Source: Lingula anatina
Taxonomy: Eukaryota; Animalia; Brachiopoda
Direction: 5' to 3'
Assembly: GCA_051362555.1 (NCBI GenBank)
Contig: JBPQGU010000016.1
Location: 6,451,795 to 6,515,794 of the forward strand
DNA length: 64,000 nucleotides
Both the position numbers and the translations under genes were made by a program. Below the pieces are notes generated by a model. That model saw only the letters and a program-made list of their open reading frames with translations, did no database searches and was not told the DNA's origin. Shown here one piece after another: positions 62,301-64,000 of the stretch. The stretch's first letter is position 1. Every line of letters begins with the position of its first letter.

Positions 62301-64000
62301 GAAGAGTGGTGGTGTCAACATTAAGGAAGAAATAGAGCAAAAACTCTCTCTCCCCCCCCCCCCCCTCTCAGATTCTGTTCTCAGAGCTTATTTTTGGATC
62401 ATCTTTAAAGCTAGAATTGGGGGCCTTGATGAAGTGACCCGGGCGCGTTTACACATTTTTTATGAATGACAGGTGTGGTAGATTGATTTTCGTCACTTTT
62501 TGGAAAAATCGGAGACGGGTCGATTTTTGGTGATTTTGAGTGATTTTGAACAGTGCCGGCACTGTGAGATTTCTTCAATTTTGGCCAGGTAGGGATGAAA
62601 ATTTTTTTTCTTCATTATAGTGTCAGGTAGGTGTGTTCGGTCATTTGTAGTAAGAATAAAGTGCTGGAAGAGTGGTGGTGTCAACATTAAGGAAGAAATA
62701 GAGCAAAAACTCTCTCTCCCCCCCCCCCCCCTCTCAGATTCTGTTCTCAGAGCTTATTTTTGGATCATCTTTAAAGCTAGAATTGGGGGCCTTGATGAAG
62801 TGACCCGGGCGCGTTTACACATTTTTTATGAATGACAGGTGTGGTAGATTGATTTTCGTCACTTTTTGGAAAAATCGGAGACGGGTCGATTTTTGGTGAT
62901 TTTGAGTGATTTTGAACAGTGCCGGCACTGTGAGATTTCTTCAATTTTGGCCAGGTAGGGATGAAAATTTTTTTTCTTCATTATAGTGTCAGGTAGGTGT
63001 GTTCGGTCATTTGTAGTAAGAATAAAGTGCTGGAAGAGTGGTGGTGTCAACATTAAGGAAGAAATAGAGCAAAAAACTCTCTCTCCCCCCCCCCCCCTCT
63101 CAGATTCTGTTCTCAGAGCTTATTTTTGGATCATCTTTAAAGCTAGAATTGGGGGCCTTGATGAAGTGACCCGGGCGCGTTTACACATTTTTTATGAATG
63201 ACAGGTGTGGTAGATTGATTTTCGTCACTTTTTGGAAAAATCGGAGACGGGTCGATTTTTGGTGATTTTGAGTGATTTTGAACAGTGCCGGCACTGTGAG
63301 ATTTCTTCAATTTTGGCCAGGTAGGGATGAAAATTTTTTTTCTTCATTATAGTGTCAGGTAGGTGTGTTCGGTCATTTGTAGTAAGAATAAAGTGCTGGA
63401 AGAGTGGTGGTGTCAACATTAAGGAAGAAATAGAGCAAAAACTCTCTCTCCCCCCCCCCCCTCTCAGATTCTGTTCTCAGAGCTTATTTTTGGATCATCT
63501 TTAAAGCTAGAATTGGGGGCCTTGATGAAGTGACCCGGGCGCGTTTACACATTTTTATGAATGACAGGTGTGGTAGATTGATTTTCGTCACTTTTTGGAA
63601 AAATCGGAGACGGGTCGATTTTTGGTGATTTTGAGTGATTTTGAACAGTGCCGGCACTGTGAGATTTCTTCAATTTTGGCCAGGTAGGGATGAAAATTTT
63701 TTTTCTTCATTATAGTGTCAGGTAGGTGTGTTCGGTCATTTGTAGTAAGAATAAAGTGCTGGAAGAGTGGTGGTGTCAACATTAAGGAAGAAATAGAGCA
63801 AAAAACTCTCTCTCCCCCCCCCCCCCTCTCAGATTCTGTTCTCAGAGCTTATTTTTGGATCATCTTTAAAGCTAGAATTGGGGGCCTTGATGAAGTGACC
63901 CGGGCGCGTTTACACATTTTTTATGAATGACAGGTGTGGTAGATTGATTTTCGTCACTTTTTGGAAAAATCGGAGACGGGTCGATTTTTGGTGATTTTGA
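44358..64000 (+). repeat. Satellite DNA array 2, same ~363-367-bp monomer, >=54 units, runs off window
   Basis: Same monomer and same start phase (GTGA|TTGGCCAGG) as array 1. Confidence 0.99.

Noticed and set aside
9950-63930. Numerous 60-105-aa ORFs in the satellite as a tandem gene family
   Set aside because: They overlap on both strands, are freely broken by homopolymer length changes and show no recognisable domain

Overview
AT-rich eukaryotic (probably invertebrate animal) repeat-dense DNA. I can identify no intact host gene, RNA gene or prokaryotic system. The window holds a large direct duplication with an offset of about 34.45 kb. A ~9.8-kb mosaic of decayed mobile elements (1-9800) is followed by a ~363-bp satellite array (9801-25165, ~42 units). 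The same block recurs at 34444-44357, followed by a second array (44358 to the window end, >=54 units). The block contains a 34-bp minisatellite, a 2.9-kb DNA transposon with 29-bp TIRs and a 9-bp TSD, a DIRS/Ngaro-type tyrosine-recombinase retrotransposon relic, an intron-containing DDE transposase relic and a LINE 3' end. The single-copy spacer (25166-34443) holds a second DIRS relic, CAGGGGCGG-ended MITEs with 5-bp TSDs and a ~179-bp-period relic homologous to the satellite. That relic suggests the 363-bp monomer is an old ~180-bp dimer. Almost all ORFs in the supplied track are chance products of the repeats. All family assignments rest on motif recognition by eye, and coordinates of decayed elements are approximate.
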